A DNA stretch of 64,000 nucleotides from the NCBI GenBank assembly GCA_951406725.2, contig OX597814.1:83142001-83206000 (forward strand), written 5' to 3'. The stretch is from Octopus vulgaris (lineage: Eukaryota). The position numbers and the translations under genes were made by a program. The notes beneath the pieces were generated by a model. The model had not been told where the DNA came from. It saw only the letters and a program-made list of their open reading frames with translations, and searched no databases. The first letter of the stretch is position 1. Each line of letters begins with the position of its first letter. Shown piece by piece: positions 1 through 12,450 of this stretch.

Positions 1-320
1 TTGTTGGATAAGGGTACACCATGCACCATACATCACAGCCATATGTGCATGACATGGTGATCTCATATCAAGATGAAAAGTACATGATCTTGTAGGTAAG
101 GCCCAGTTAGAATTTTCTTTAGGTTAAGTAGCCCATCCCACTCAAAAGGTTCCTGAATGAGGGTTGTTTAAGGATGATGAATGAAGCATTTGTTTCAAGG
201 CGTAAATTATTCAAACCCCAAAGAATTCCTCTCAACACATAGCTATGATGCTACCCCACTACTTCTGCTCATGATCAGAGATTCACATTTTGGTTAAGGT
301 CAAATAACTTAGCCAAAATT
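1..320. mobile_element. Partial copy of a ~550 bp non-coding interspersed repeat (second copy at 2826-3370)
   Basis: Colinear high-similarity match to ~2895-3235 (catcacagccatatgtgcatgacatggtgatctcatatcaaga...ccactacttctgctcatgatcagagattcaca), with a short internal deletion. Confidence 0.85.
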
Positions 321-759
321 ATGTATATTGCATCAAATGCAATTATTCTGAAATTAATATTTCAAGCATCATTCACCAAAGATTTCATTGGAAAATTTAT
401 TATAAATACTTTTAAGTCAGGTAATGAACACTCAAAAAGCAACAGGTAATATGTGTTCATTCAGCATTATCTCTCTGATACATTCACTGTAAAACTAATG
501 AAGCTAAATTTACCTTACTTGAAAATTTGATTTGAGTGAAGTGTCTTTAATTAATTATCAAAAATATCTTTTGAAATATTTTATGCTAGGTTTCAACTAT
601 GGAACTTTATTCTAGTATATATTATTTTATATTTTTACTGGATTCTCTTACTGGTTTCAATCATTAGACTGTTGCCACTCCGGGGCATGCCGCCAAGGGT
701 TTAACAAGTGATCAACTCCTATTATTTACTTTTAAGTCTGGTACTGATTGATCTGTAAT

Positions 760-1385
760 ACTCTCCAAAGTAAAGGGTAGATTGTATGATGTTTGTGTAC
801 AAAATGTGTTACTACATGATAGTGAGATATGAGCCTTCAATGCAGAAAGTCTATAAAGGCTAGAAAGAAATTAAGTGATTGGGTAAATAATGGAAGTGAG
901 GAGGAGAGAGAGAGAGAGTGATGTATATCAGTAGAGAATGATAAGAGGGAATAATGAAAGATAAAATAAAGGATTATCAGATATCAAAAAAAAAAAAGGC
1001 GAGCAAGTGATGGATAGCAATATAAATGGGTAATTGTAGGACAGGGTGGTGGGTATCAAAGAATGACAAGTGTGGAGAGAGGTAGTATGGAAAAGACATT
1101 CATCACATTAACATATGCTGCATGTTGATGTTAGTATGCATGAATGATAAAGCACAAATGAATTGAGAAGAAAGCTGAATATAAGAGGAATCAGATTAGT
1201 GTGCAAGTGAGCAGACTGCACTGGTACAGGCATTATGGTATGTATGAAGGATGTCAGTTTTATACAGAGCAACTTGCAGTTCATGGAACTCGTAGAAAAG
1301 GGAGATCAAGAAGAGGAAGTAATGATCAGTTTATCAAGATAAACTGATCTTTACAAAGGAAATTATAAAGAACCATGAAGATAAG
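760..1385 (+). mobile_element. Old RTE-clade LINE ORF2 3' remnant, interrupted by an insertion at ~873-1112
   Basis: Translates to SKVKGRLYDVCVQNVLLHDSEI*AFNAESL*RLERN ... STNELRRKLNIRGIR ... RLHWY, homologous to the RTE copy at 57576-58370. Confidence 0.7.
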
Positions 1386-2189
1386 CCCACCTGTGTTAAT
1401 GAGGCAAAATGGACATTATAAAGGTGAGAGATGGTGGTGGTTGGAATATATATCTTTATTTGGGTCTATCACCTACAATGTTCCTGTTGAGTTTCCATTT
1501 AATGTCCTTCTCCTCTATCATTCACACTCTCTTCCATTCAGTGTTCCATACCTACCATCTTTCTTCCACTTGTTAATCTTTATTGACACCCACCTCTCAA
1601 TCTTACTAATGACCAACTCTATTGCTATCCGTCACTTGCTCTCTTTTACCATCATCTATCTTTATTGCTGTCTGCCAATCCTTCACTGTCTCTTGCATTA
1701 CCCTTTGTTATTAATGTTGTAATATATCACTCTCTTTTTCCCTGTCATTTCCATTACACTTCCTTAATACTCCCTCTTTCTCCAACTTAGCAGTCATAAC
1801 TTTTTCTATTCAATCTTACCAACAGCCAGATTTCAGCTGCCTATCACTCTCTCCATTACTTCCTCCTCACCTCCCTCTTCTTAGTGTCATATTTCCTCCA
1901 TCATATTCATACTCTCATCATTTCTTTTATGGTCTGGTTCTCTCTGTCTTTCTCCTCTCTCCCTCTCTCTTTCTATCTCTCCCTTCTGGGCCATGGATAT
2001 TTTAAACAAATTGAAGCAACAAAGTTGTGAGGGCTCTTGTGTCATGTAGAGAGTAAGGCATCCTCTCCAGAACTCATGCCATGATAAGATGTAACCACTA
2101 CATTCTGTAAAATAGTTGCCATTAGGAAGGACATTCTACCATAGAAACAATACCTTGATTCTTTGATACATTGACAAGTGTATTTACTT

Positions 2190-2390
2190 ATTTGCAATAA
2201 ATAAAAGTGCAATGATAGAGATTGATTGAGGGGAAACCCATAAAAAATACTGGAATAGAATTTACTTAATGATGAGAGGATAAATTCATTAAATGCAGAA
2301 GAAATATATAAATATCTGGGAGTATTAGAAAGCTACAAAATCATAAATTATAAAAATCCTCAGAAAAGAATATTTTCACAGAATGAAATG
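2190..2390 (+). mobile_element. R4/Dong-clade LINE reverse transcriptase fragment
   Basis: Frameshifted translation KCAMIEI..GKPIKNTGIE..NDERINSLNAEEIYKYLGVLESYKII..LRKEYFHRMK matches the KC...YKYLG end of R4/Dong RT. Confidence 0.7.
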
Positions 2391-2813
2391 CTAAGCAACA
2401 TTTTGTCTGTCTTTACATTCTGAGTTCAAATGCCACTGCGGTCAACTTTGCCTTTCATCCTTTTAGGGTTGATAAATTAAGTAAAAATTGATCATAGGGG
2501 TTGATGTGATCAACTAGCCTCCTCTTTTAAAATTTCAGTCTTTGTGTCTCTAGTGGAAAGGATTGTTGTTGTTGTTGTTGTCGTTGTCGTTGTTGTTGTT
2601 GTTATTGTTGTTGTTCAAGCAATGAGTTGGCAGAATCATTAGCATGCCAGGCCAAATGCTCTGCAGTATTTCATCTGTTGCTATGTTCTGAGTTCAAATT
2701 CCACCAAGGTCAACATTGCCTTTCATCCTTTTGAGGTCGAACAATTAAGTACCAGTTGAGTACTAGGATCAATGTAATCGACTTTCTGCCTTGTGCCTAT
2801 TGTAGAAAGGATT
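2384..2813 (+). mobile_element. Two tandem tRNA-derived SINEs (family C; 2384-2563 and 2617-2813) separated by (GTT)n
   Basis: Shared head gagctggcagaatc.ttagc, B-box ctgagttcaaat, central gtcaactttgcctttcatcctttt.ggg.cgataaattaagta (Deu/Nin-like domain), end gtagaaaggatt. Confidence 0.85.
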
Positions 2814-2825
2814 ATTATTGTTATT

Positions 2826-3370
2826 GAATGAGAGAGCAGCAGTGCATGCCATCAAAGTGACACTGCGGTACAAATATACGAAACTCAGTATACCTATCAT
2901 AAGGGTACACCAAGCACATGCATCACAGCCATATGTGCATGACATGGTGATCTCATATCAAGAGGAAAAGCACATGATCTTACAGGTAAGGACCAGTTAG
3001 AATTTTCTTTTGGTTAAGTAGCCCATCGCACTCAAAAGGTCCCTGAATGAGGGTTGTTTATGGATGATGAACAAAACACCTATGTTTCCAGGCATAAATT
3101 ATTCAAACCTCAAAGAATTCCTCTCAACACATGGCTATGATGCTCCCCCCACTACTTCTGCTCATGATCAGAGATTCACATATTGTCATCCACAAAGGGA
3201 TGTACTCAACTGGTTAAGGTCAAATAACTGATAAGCAAATCTATGGTATTGAGCAGAATATTTGTTGTAGTCCATCTTTTATACCAGTACAAAACATGTA
3301 CCTGATAACTCTGCCACTCAGTTGAGATCAAAAGCCATGAGAGCCACTGTCTGGTACTGCATCAGGGCAT
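2826..3370. mobile_element. Full-length ~550 bp non-coding interspersed repeat sitting in (TTA)n
   Basis: Duplicates 1-320; bounded on both sides by ttatta repeats; no coding capacity recognised. Confidence 0.75.
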
Positions 3371-3456
3371 TTATTATTATTTGATGAAAACTTTCAGCTT
3401 ATTTTGCTGGGTATGATGGAAAGTATCAGCTGTCCACAGCCAGTAGACTAAGGTGT

Positions 3457-3481
3457 ATTATTATTATTGTTGTTATTATTA

Positions 3482-3527
<46 letters not shown>

Positions 3528-3563
3528 CATTATTATTAATAATAATAATAATAATAATAATAA
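3457..3563. repeat. (TTA)n directly abutting (TAA)n, forming a palindromic microsatellite junction
   Basis: ...ttattattaataataataat..., symmetry centre at ~3537. Confidence 0.95.
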
Positions 3564-3978
3564 GGCAGCCAGCTGGCAGAATCTTTAGCACACCAAGTGA
3601 AATGCTTAGCGGTATTTCATCTGCCGCTACATTCTGAGTTGAAATTCTGCCAAGGTTGACTTTACCTTTCATCCTTTCGAGTTGATTAAATAAGTACCAG
3701 TTACACACTGGTGTCGATGTAACTGACTTACTCCCTTCCCTCAATTTTGAGGTCATGTGCTTCCAGTAGAAAGAATTCTTCTTCTTGTTATTATTAAGGT
3801 GGCAAGCTAGCAGAGATGTTAGCATACCAGGCAAAATACTTAGCGGCATTTTGTCTGTCTTTATATTCTTTTATCCTTCCAGGGTCAATAAGTTAAGTAC
3901 CGGTGAAACACTGGGGTTGATGTAAGCAACTAGTCACTTCTCCCCAAAATTTCAGGCTTTGTGTCTTTAGTAGAAAGG

Positions 3979-3980
<2 letters not shown>
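3562..3980 (+). mobile_element. Two more tandem family C SINEs (3562-3777, 3797-3980) followed by (TTA)n
   Basis: Same head, central domain and agtagaaag.att ending as 2617-2813. Confidence 0.85.
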
Positions 3981-4011
<31 letters not shown>

Positions 4012-5420
4012 GATTTACCTTAACCATCAAATTAGAATTAGAAACAATTCTTTTCTTGGTTATTAGTCACTGTTGTCTATTGCTTATCTTTTGTGCCTCA
4101 CTATGGACTATGTGACAGTCATTGTTGATCTCTTTGTATATTTATGCTATTGTTGTTTTTACTGTCTGTAACCATGTTTGACATGATCGAGCAAATGTGC
4201 AAAATATCCATAGTTATCACAATACATGAAGGTAATTTACAGTTTGAACAATGGATATGCCATGGTCTTATTTGACCTGCATCATGTTGTGCATTTCATT
4301 CTATAATTGATTGTTTGCAGTGTTACTTTGCTATGTTAATCTATGACAATATCATCTTAACATGTTATGTGGTTTATGTGAGATTTTGGAAATTACAGTA
4401 ACCAAACATTGATTTACAAACATTGTGTATGTTTAAGAGAAAATATTTATGTAAATTTAGCAAACCTTCATTGCCTTAATTGATTTTCTTTGTAGTTTAT
4501 ATTCACTGGCATAATAAATATAAGCAATTACTTGAGTTTAGGTGATCATCTATAATGTTCTCTGATCCCTAATAAGAATCTATTATCTGTAACTGGTAGA
4601 ATTTAGGTTAGATGATATTTCAATTCAGAACACTAAGTTCAACATATATTATCCAGTTTATTCAACTTAATAGCACATAAATAGCATGAACCTGTTTGTC
4701 TCTAATAACTAAGTTCAGCATGATTAGCTGTGGTTGGAATGAAGCAAGCTCTGTACATCAGGTGGCATATTTAGAAAATCGGCACTCAACTGAAATATTT
4801 TGCTTCCTGTGTAATAAAAAAAAAATAGAGAAAATATTAACGAAGAAATTAAATGTGTTATATGATCATTAATTTATCAAAATAAGTAAGTTTCTTTTCA
4901 CAAATCAGTTTTTTTTTTTACTACAGCCTTAGCTTTTACAATACCCATAATTTACAAGTTAGAACAATCTATAAGTTATATGTGCATGTAGAGAGTTGGT
5001 AAAAAATATTGCAGTAGGTACTTGATTATGTTTTGAGTTCAAATCTTGCTCTGATATATTTTATTTATCATTCTTCTGAGGATGATAAAATAAATACCAG
5101 TCAGTAAGATGAGTCTTAAGGTTGATGTACTTAGCTATACTCTTGTTTGATTACAGTTCAATGACTGAAACCAATAGCCGAATGAGGAGTGGTAATAGAA
5201 TAATAATAATATTGGTAATGTGTCAGAAGGGAAAACAAAAAGCTTTGAAAATCTTGATTTTTAACAGGTGCACAGTCACATATTTTGAGGGAGGATGCAA
5301 TCTATTAAAACAACCCCAGTACTTGTCTGTTACTTATTTTATCGATCATAAAAAATGAAAAATATAGTCACTTTCATTGGAACTCAAAAATGTAAATAAT
5401 GCAATTAAATGCTGAAAGTA

Positions 5421-6638
5421 TTGGGTCATCCCATAAATAATGCAGTTTTTTTCAATTGCATGAACTAAAAATCGGAGGGGATGGGATAAACAACCTGCAT
5501 CATCTTGCTATAAAAGCAGGCAGTAATTTTACCTTGTACTTATTCATAGTGCAAGTTTTGAAGAGTGCATTTCGATTTTAACAGTTATTTTTTCAAAGCT
5601 ATAATGGAAGTGACAAAGAAGCATATTTGACATATTTTGCTTTATGAGTTCAATAAAGCAACAACACAACTGAGAGTGCAAGAAATATTAATGCAGTATA
5701 TGGGGATCGGACAATAAGTGTAAGCCAGTGTCAACAGTGGTTCCAGAAATTCTGAGTCAGAAACTAGAGCCTAGAAAACGAGCCTCATGCTAGAAGATCT
5801 GTAGTGCTCAATGAGGACATGCAGCAAACCCTGGTGGAATAAAATCACATCATAACTGTTGAGGTACTAGCAGAGAAGCTTGGATTTGTTCATTGAACCA
5901 TTCATTGACACCTGCGTGCTGTTGAAAAAGTCAGTAAATTGGGTCAGTGGGTTCCTCACAAACTTTTTGAGTCTAATCGTGTACAGAGAGTGAATGTGTG
6001 CTCTTCTTTGCTGTCATGCCTCACGAAAGAAACTTTTTTTGGACCAAGGAGTGACTAGTGATGAGAAATGGGTTCTCTATAAAAATGTCAAGTGCCAAAG
6101 ACAGTGAGTAGGGAAGGGAGAAACACTGGCACCCCAGGCTAAAGATGGTCTTCACCCATGTAAGGTGTTGTTATGTGTTTGGTGTGATATTAAAGGTTTA
6201 GTCTGCTTTGAACTTTTAAACCCTAGCTATACAATAAAAAAGTTTGAGTAGCTTAAGTCAATGCTAGAAAGGTGTACTTCCATCAGGATAATATTCAGCT
6301 ACATAGAGTAAGGATGACATTTCAAAGGCCGGAGGAGTTTGAATGGGAAATGATGCCCCACTCACCATATTTGCCAGACATTTATTCTGCAGTCTTCAAA
6401 ATCATTTGGGTGGAAAAAATATGAATTTTGTAGACAAAGTCAGAACAGTAGTGGAGGAATATTTTTCATCACAGACAGTAAATTTTGGAAGAGGGGCCTT
6501 GCAAGTCTACCAGATAGATGGAAGAGCATTGTAGAAAATGGCGAGTATATTTTACACTAAAAAAAAGAACTTTGTTTATCTTAATTTTGAAAAATAAAAG
6601 AAGTTAAAAAAAAATACATTATTTATGGGATGACCCCA
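5421..6638 (+). mobile_element. Mariner transposon, family 1 copy A; transposase pseudogene 5604-6560
   Basis: TIRs ttgggtcatcccataaataatg / cattatttatgggatgacccca, TA duplications at 5419-20 and 6639-40; motifs MEVTK, WVPHKL, VTSDEKW, FHQD; many stops, frameshifts and small deletions. Confidence 0.95.
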
Positions 6639-6959
6639 TATTTTCTTTAATATTGTACCTTTTTGCTAATTTTAAATATTAAGTAGAAAATTTGACAATA
6701 TAATGGAAAATAATTATATTTAATTATTTAACTAAAATTTCTCTCACTATAACACTTGAAAGCTAAACCTTACCTACACTATGGTACAATAAGTAGTTTT
6801 TTAAATACTTTTTACTTACTGTAAGTGTCAGTAAATAATAGAAGTATCATTATATTTGTAAATTTCTTGCAAATGCAAAAAAAAAAAATGTATATTTCAT
6901 ACTTACATTGATATGCAAGAGCAGGTTACTGTTTTTATTTAATATTTTTTCATTTCTTA

Positions 6960-9760
6960 TGCTTAGTCAGAGTAGAAGAGTATCTATGAGTTTTCTTAAC
7001 CTCCATCCACGCCTGTGAGATTGATGCAGTTCATGTTGAGCTAAAACGTCTGTAGATTAATGACTCTAGAAAAGTGTAGGCATGAAGAGAATTTTAGAGA
7101 GCTTCAGTTTTGGGGAATTAGGTGTAGTAAAAGCATTTAGTTCATGATTTGGAGTGTGAGGCACAGTAGTGATGATGAATAAAGGAAAGGCAGGCATTTT
7201 AGTTAACATGCAGTTTGCAAGTTCAAGTAAGATGAATCTATTGTAATAATAGCAGAGAAAGGTGCGGTCATATTGAGTGCTGCCTAGTCAATTATATCAA
7301 ACCTTGTACTTATTTCAGTCTGAGTTCTATTTTATCAATATTTTGCTGTATGGCTAAATTTTTACCTCTTTGATGTAAATAAACATAACAAACTTAGATT
7401 TGTGACTATAGCATATTGGTAAGTGGTTGGTTGTCAATAACAAAAGAGCAAACTAGGTTGTTTGTGTTATAACAGCTGTACTGAGCAAAGTATGTAAACA
7501 TTTGTTTACTCTCTCTTTTTACTCTTTTTACTTGTTTCAGTCATTTGACTGCGGCCATGCTGGAGCACCACCTTTTAGTACTTATTCTATCGGTCTCTTT
7601 TTGCCGAACCGCTAAGTGACGGGGACGTAAACACACCAGCATCGGTTGTCAAGCAATGCTAGGGGGACAAAAACAGACACACAAACACACACACACATAT
7701 ACATATATATACATATATACGACAGGCTTCTTTCAGTTTCCGTCTACCAAATCCACTCACAAGGCATTGGTCGGCCCGGGGCTATAGCAGAAGACACTTG
7801 CCCAAGATGCCACACAGTGGGACTGAACCCGTAACCGTGTGGTTGGTTAGCAAGCTACTTACCACACAGCCACTCCTACGCCTATGTTTCTGTAGAAGTC
7901 AGCAACAAATCAGAGCTGAAGTATTTTCAGGCACTGAAGAAGAAACTTAATAACTGTGATTGATACATATTTATCAATATTGTAGATATTAGGTTGCCTT
8001 TGAAAATCTTCAAAGTTATGAAATTTATTGCAAAGGTTTTAACTGTATTATTCATTCAGAATGAAAGCTAGTGCAAGACATGTAGCAATTGCTTTAATTG
8101 CTATTGAAAAACATTACACTGTTGTGTCCCTTTTAGAATATGTTGTGGTGGTCTTAAGCAGTGAAAGCCTAGTGTGACATCTTATGTTTGCATTTCTTTG
8201 TGTGTTGAAGTTTAACAAGTACATCTGTATAAGAGTTTTTATTTTTTTATTTTTGAAAGAAAAGTAGCAAATGGATTTACAGAACAATGAGTCTAAGGAA
8301 CACCAAAGTTCATAGAATATAGGTTGAAGTTATCCTTTGACACACATTGTAATGGATCAGTCTGGTACAGAAATTCCTATCAAGAGATGAGAGACAGAAA
8401 GATCCATCAGAGAGCTCCTTACTTAGGAGGTTCTTTAGCCAGATATGTTCAAAGGCTTTGCTTATGTCAAGAGTAACAACATTACTTTGGATAAGGTTCT
8501 AAAGGATAAGATACTACTGGTGTGTGATGTAAGGAAACAAGTTTGTAGATGTGGCTCAGTGGAAACTGCTTATTGTGACTGAAGAGAAAGAGAACTGGAA
8601 ATCATGACAAGTTGTTGTTTAGACTGTTTCTAACACCTTTTTGATGTGCTGTAAGTGAAAACATTGGATCAATAGTTTGCAAGATTTGAGACAGGGGCTG
8701 TTTTGGGAAAATAACATGATCATATGTTTCTAAAGCTTAGGATTCTTTCATTTTTCACTAGTCTGAATGAGGCTGGCCCATTAAAATAGAAAGAATGAAA
8801 AATTTGGCAAGGATAAGCTAGCTTTAGAGTACACTTTAGGGTAATGAGAAGAGCATTATCAGAATCATTAATCATGTTTGAGTATTTTTTTTTTATTTGT
8901 GGTGGAACAAGTGGAGTGAAGAATGAGAATTTAAGGAAGGTTTTGTTCTCTCAGTGCTGCATAGAATTGCAGGCAGACTAGGCTACAAACATAGTGGCTT
9001 AATGTTACATATGGTGTTGTCTTTAGTTCAAGAATTGATTGTAATTTGAGAAATACAAAAGTTTCCAGATATATGAAGGTATTCTTTGCTTTTCTGAAGG
9101 TTATCTTTTAGTTGTTGGTTATGTTCCAAGTTTATTCAACTGCAGCGTAGTCATGAGGGAATCACTTGGAACTTTTGGAGATTTTAGGCCTGGGGTTTGT
9201 GAAGGGACATATCTTGGAAGAGACACATCAGAGTTGGTCGTGTTTCAACTTTACTTGGAAAGTTTTCGTAATGTAAAAGGATGATATGAAGTGGATTGTA
9301 TCTCTAGACAGAACACTTAAATGCATCATATCAGGGCTAGTAGTACCAGTTAGACTATTCTTCACTGATAAAGTCTAATAAATCTAAAATGTATCGGGAG
9401 TTGTCACCATCCTATCAGAGATTAGACTTCCTCTTTATCACATTCAATTTTTAATTGAAATTTCAGAATTGCCTCCTACTTTTCTTGGCCAGAATCAGCT
9501 GTTTAATTAGCAGGTTTTTTCCTCTTCACTATTGGTATAATTTTAATAAAAAATCTCTTTGCTCAATATATTATGTTGGCACTTACTTTACTTAACTTGA
9601 AAATAAATTCCAGATCTGGGAAAATTACTCAAAACATATCAGCATCATATATTTAGCATCATGGAAACTCCACCATCATGGTTAACCTAAATATTTTGTG
9701 AAAATGTTGACTTAACTAACCCACATCTTCTCTTATAATTCTCATGGTATTTTTGCTGTA
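6960..9760 (-). mobile_element. Highly decayed CR1/Jockey-group LINE ORF2 remnant, interrupted by younger SINEs
   Basis: Minus-strand VVTLDISKAFEHIWLKNLLSK (~8420-8485) and SMNFGVP* (~8295-8320) RT motifs; C-terminal FPKTEAL*NSL.. at ~7080-7115. Outer limits approximate. Confidence 0.6.
7508..7885 (-). mobile_element. Young tRNA-derived SINE (family A) with a central (TA)/(TG) microsatellite
   Basis: Reverse complement begins aggcgtaggagtggctgtgtggtaag (A box) ... gggttcagtcccac (B box); CpGs retained; near-identical to 33860-34210 apart from an internal deletion at ~7575. Confidence 0.92.
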
Positions 9761-10765
9761 GACTTTATGCTAAATAACAACCGCTGTATTTCTTCTGTAA
9801 AATTTTAATAGTTTATTTGTCAATTTTATTCCTTTCATTAATTTTTTTTATTTGATTTTGGTTGTTTCTAAGCAGTTATTCTTAAATTGATTGCTCAATT
9901 AGATTCAAAACAATTGTGCCAGTGCATTGATTTTTTTCATTATTGATTTTTTTTTTGTTGGTTTGAAAATGAAAAAATTCCTCCACCTTCAAGTCTTTTT
10001 ATTTGCCAGACATTTCTTTAATGTTTATATTCCTTAAATAATTTAACCATCACTGTTTATCACTGGAATAACATAGCTGACTTCTTTACTATAAATATTA
10101 GAAATTCTTAGCTGTATAAGTTAATCTTTTCACTTCAATCTACCACACTGTCATATGAGATAGCTACCACTTTTCCTGCCATACTGCACAATAGTAACCA
10201 GATCATTCTCTCAGCTTTTCTGCCATCTTGTAGCAAAGCTGAGAGTTTACTTTGTTTCCACAAAACACTGACAACATCTTGCACATTAAGCATTAATCAG
10301 AGAGATGCAAGAGAAAACTTGCATGAACTGAAAATCAGTTAGAATTTTCAGTCTATTCACAACATAATTAAAACAACTGTAATAGAAATTTTAACTGTAC
10401 CGATTGCAGTGATGGAGAGTAATCATGACTGAGGTAAATCAAAAATGACATCTGAAGAAATGGTAAAGTCTATTTTCAACATATTTTGCTTTTCATACGA
10501 GAGTTAGGAGCCAAAAAAGTAGCAATGCATCATCCTATAAATTTGAATGACTCCTGCCAGAATAAAAACAGACAGTAAAATGGTGAGAATCGTTATAACG
10601 GTGAGAGAACACCATATATATGTGTGTGTATATATGTAAATATATATATATAGAGAGAGAGAGAGGTGTGTGTGTGTGTGTGTATACTCACACACAGGCA
10701 CAACTGGTATACTAAACAGGAAAAGAAAGAAGCCAAAGTGAATGAATAAGAAGTTATCATATATA

Positions 10766-11228
10766 CGAGGTTTGATCAAAAAGTTAGGGATTGTTGCTTA
10801 AGTATGCTAAGTGAGCCGCTTGGCGCAAATTAACCTTGAATTCTGTCGTGCATGCACATTAAGTTATAATGATCTCACACTCACCTCCATTGTTTATAGC
10901 AGTGCTTGGAAGTAAAGTGTGTAGGGTACTGTCATCTCACCACATTGCAGCAGTTCCATCAGTGACCATGGCAGAAAAGACGTGTGTGTGTGTATTTGTT
11001 TGAGTGTATGCATGGAAAAAGACATGGCTTGAAGGTTATTACAGTCAAGAATCTTTCCAAAAATCAAATCCCACTTGAAAAGAACATGATTTCAAAATAT
11101 CAAGGAAATCAAAGATGCTGTAACTACTCGCTATCTCAGGAAAAGAACATCAGGAATGCTTCCATCAATGGAAATGATACTGGATAAAGTGTGTGACTTC
11201 AGAAGGGGACTACTTCAAAGGAGATTAA
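10766..11228 (+). mobile_element. Internally deleted mariner of a different family (TA-CGAGG terminus, irritans/Hsmar2-like)
   Basis: 5' end tacgaggtttgatcaaaaagt; C-terminal translation FPKIKSHLKRT*FQNIKEIKDAVT...ECFHQWK*YWIKCVTSEGDYFKGD*. No 3' TIR seen. Confidence 0.8.
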
Positions 11229-11467
11229 AGCCAGGGTTAATGAATGTGATATATATATATATACACACACACACATACATATACATACATACATATAAAT
11301 AGGAAAAATATATTGTCACTAACTGCAACTAAGGGTGTCAAGAGATCTACATTGCTAGAAATAAGAACTGAAATGTTCTAATGCTGTAGTAAAAGCACAT
11401 AATTGTATACAAATTGTATACAAATATGCTCACAGTGACTGTAATCACCCCCAAAACCCTTGACTTT

Positions 11468-11786
11468 AGAATTCCCTATACTGAACGTTCAGTTTCAATT
11501 ATTTCCAGGTTTAATCCACACTCAACATATATGTATTTACCATAAAAATTTATGGATGATTTAACAAATTGCTCATGTCTATACAAAAATTAATATAAAC
11601 AGCCATGCACAATGTGTTCATATTAATTTTTGTATAGTCATTAGCAATTTGCGAAATCATCCATAAATTTTTATAGTAAATACATATATGCTGGTGGTGG
11701 ATTAAGCCTGGAAATAGCCAAACAAGCAGTCCTTACTGAGAGGCTATGGAAATAGCTGAAACTGAATGTTCAGTATGGGGAATTCT
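11468..11786. mobile_element. Palindromic head-to-head element with hammerhead-bearing arms (Penelope-like inverted pLTR)
   Basis: 11468-11601 is the reverse complement of 11615-11786, except for a ~38 bp segment between two ggaaatagc repeats that is missing from the left arm; loop about 13 nt. Confidence 0.8.
11730..11781 (+). ncRNA. Type I hammerhead ribozyme motif (N7-less core variant)
   Basis: Stem I tcctta/tgggga; core CTGA-GA; stem II ggctat-ggaa-atagct; GAAA; self-complementary stem III ctgaatgttcag; cleavage triplet GTA ending at 11775. Confidence 0.75.
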
Positions 11787-12035
11787 TTCTTTTTCTGTAT
11801 TTTATACCTGTTATGTGTGTATAAAGTCTGTTAAAGTGATATATACTACAGCTCACTACATTTCTAGTATGATTTTAAAAAGTGATAGAATTCATCTTAA
11901 ATTCAGTTTTATGTAGAATACAAATGATTAATGAATTTGAGTTTCTGACATCTTAAAAGCAATATTATTTTTATAGTTGCTAGCCTGGAGATTGTTAATC
12001 CATAGTTGTTGAGGAGGCTCTCATAGACTGAGTTA

Positions 12036-12450
12036 TCATCATTTTAATGTTCACTTTTCCATGTTTGCCTGGGTCAGACAGAAGTTGTTAAGGCAAGATA
12101 TTCTATGGCGGGATGCCTATCCTGCCACCAACCTTTACCTATTTCCAAGTGAAGTAATATTTCCCCATGACCAAACATGGAAGATTAGAAATGAAGGGCA
12201 CCACTTGCATGGTGATGTAACTTGTTAACAGTTGTGATATGATATGAAAGCAAAAATGCAACAACACACATGCCCACATGCATATTTATATGGTGGGCTT
12301 TCAGTTTCTGTTTACCAAATCCACTAACAAGGCTTTGGTCAATGTGAGGCTTTAGTAAAAGATACTAGCCCAAGGTACCACATACTGTGATTGACTCCAG
12401 AACCATGTGGTTTAGAAACAAGCTTCTTACCACACAGCCATACCTGCACC
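12036..12450 (-). mobile_element. SINE family B: family A tRNA head joined to an RTE-derived 3' tail
   Basis: Head matches family A; 3' part ggttggtggcagga.aggcatcc...catggaaaagtgaacattaaaatgatgat matches the RTE 3' end at 57576-57720. Confidence 0.8.

Noticed and set aside
1324-1349. Perfect 12-bp hairpin gatcagtttatc-aa-gataaactgatc
   Set aside because: Isolated, inside a decayed RTE relic; most likely a local template-switch artefact.
3448-3849. 133-aa ORF with poly-I/poly-N
   Set aside because: Antisense read-through of SINEs and (TTA)n.
7780-7885. tRNA-like A/B boxes here and in other SINE heads
   Set aside because: SINE heads with no complete cloverleaf; not tRNA genes.
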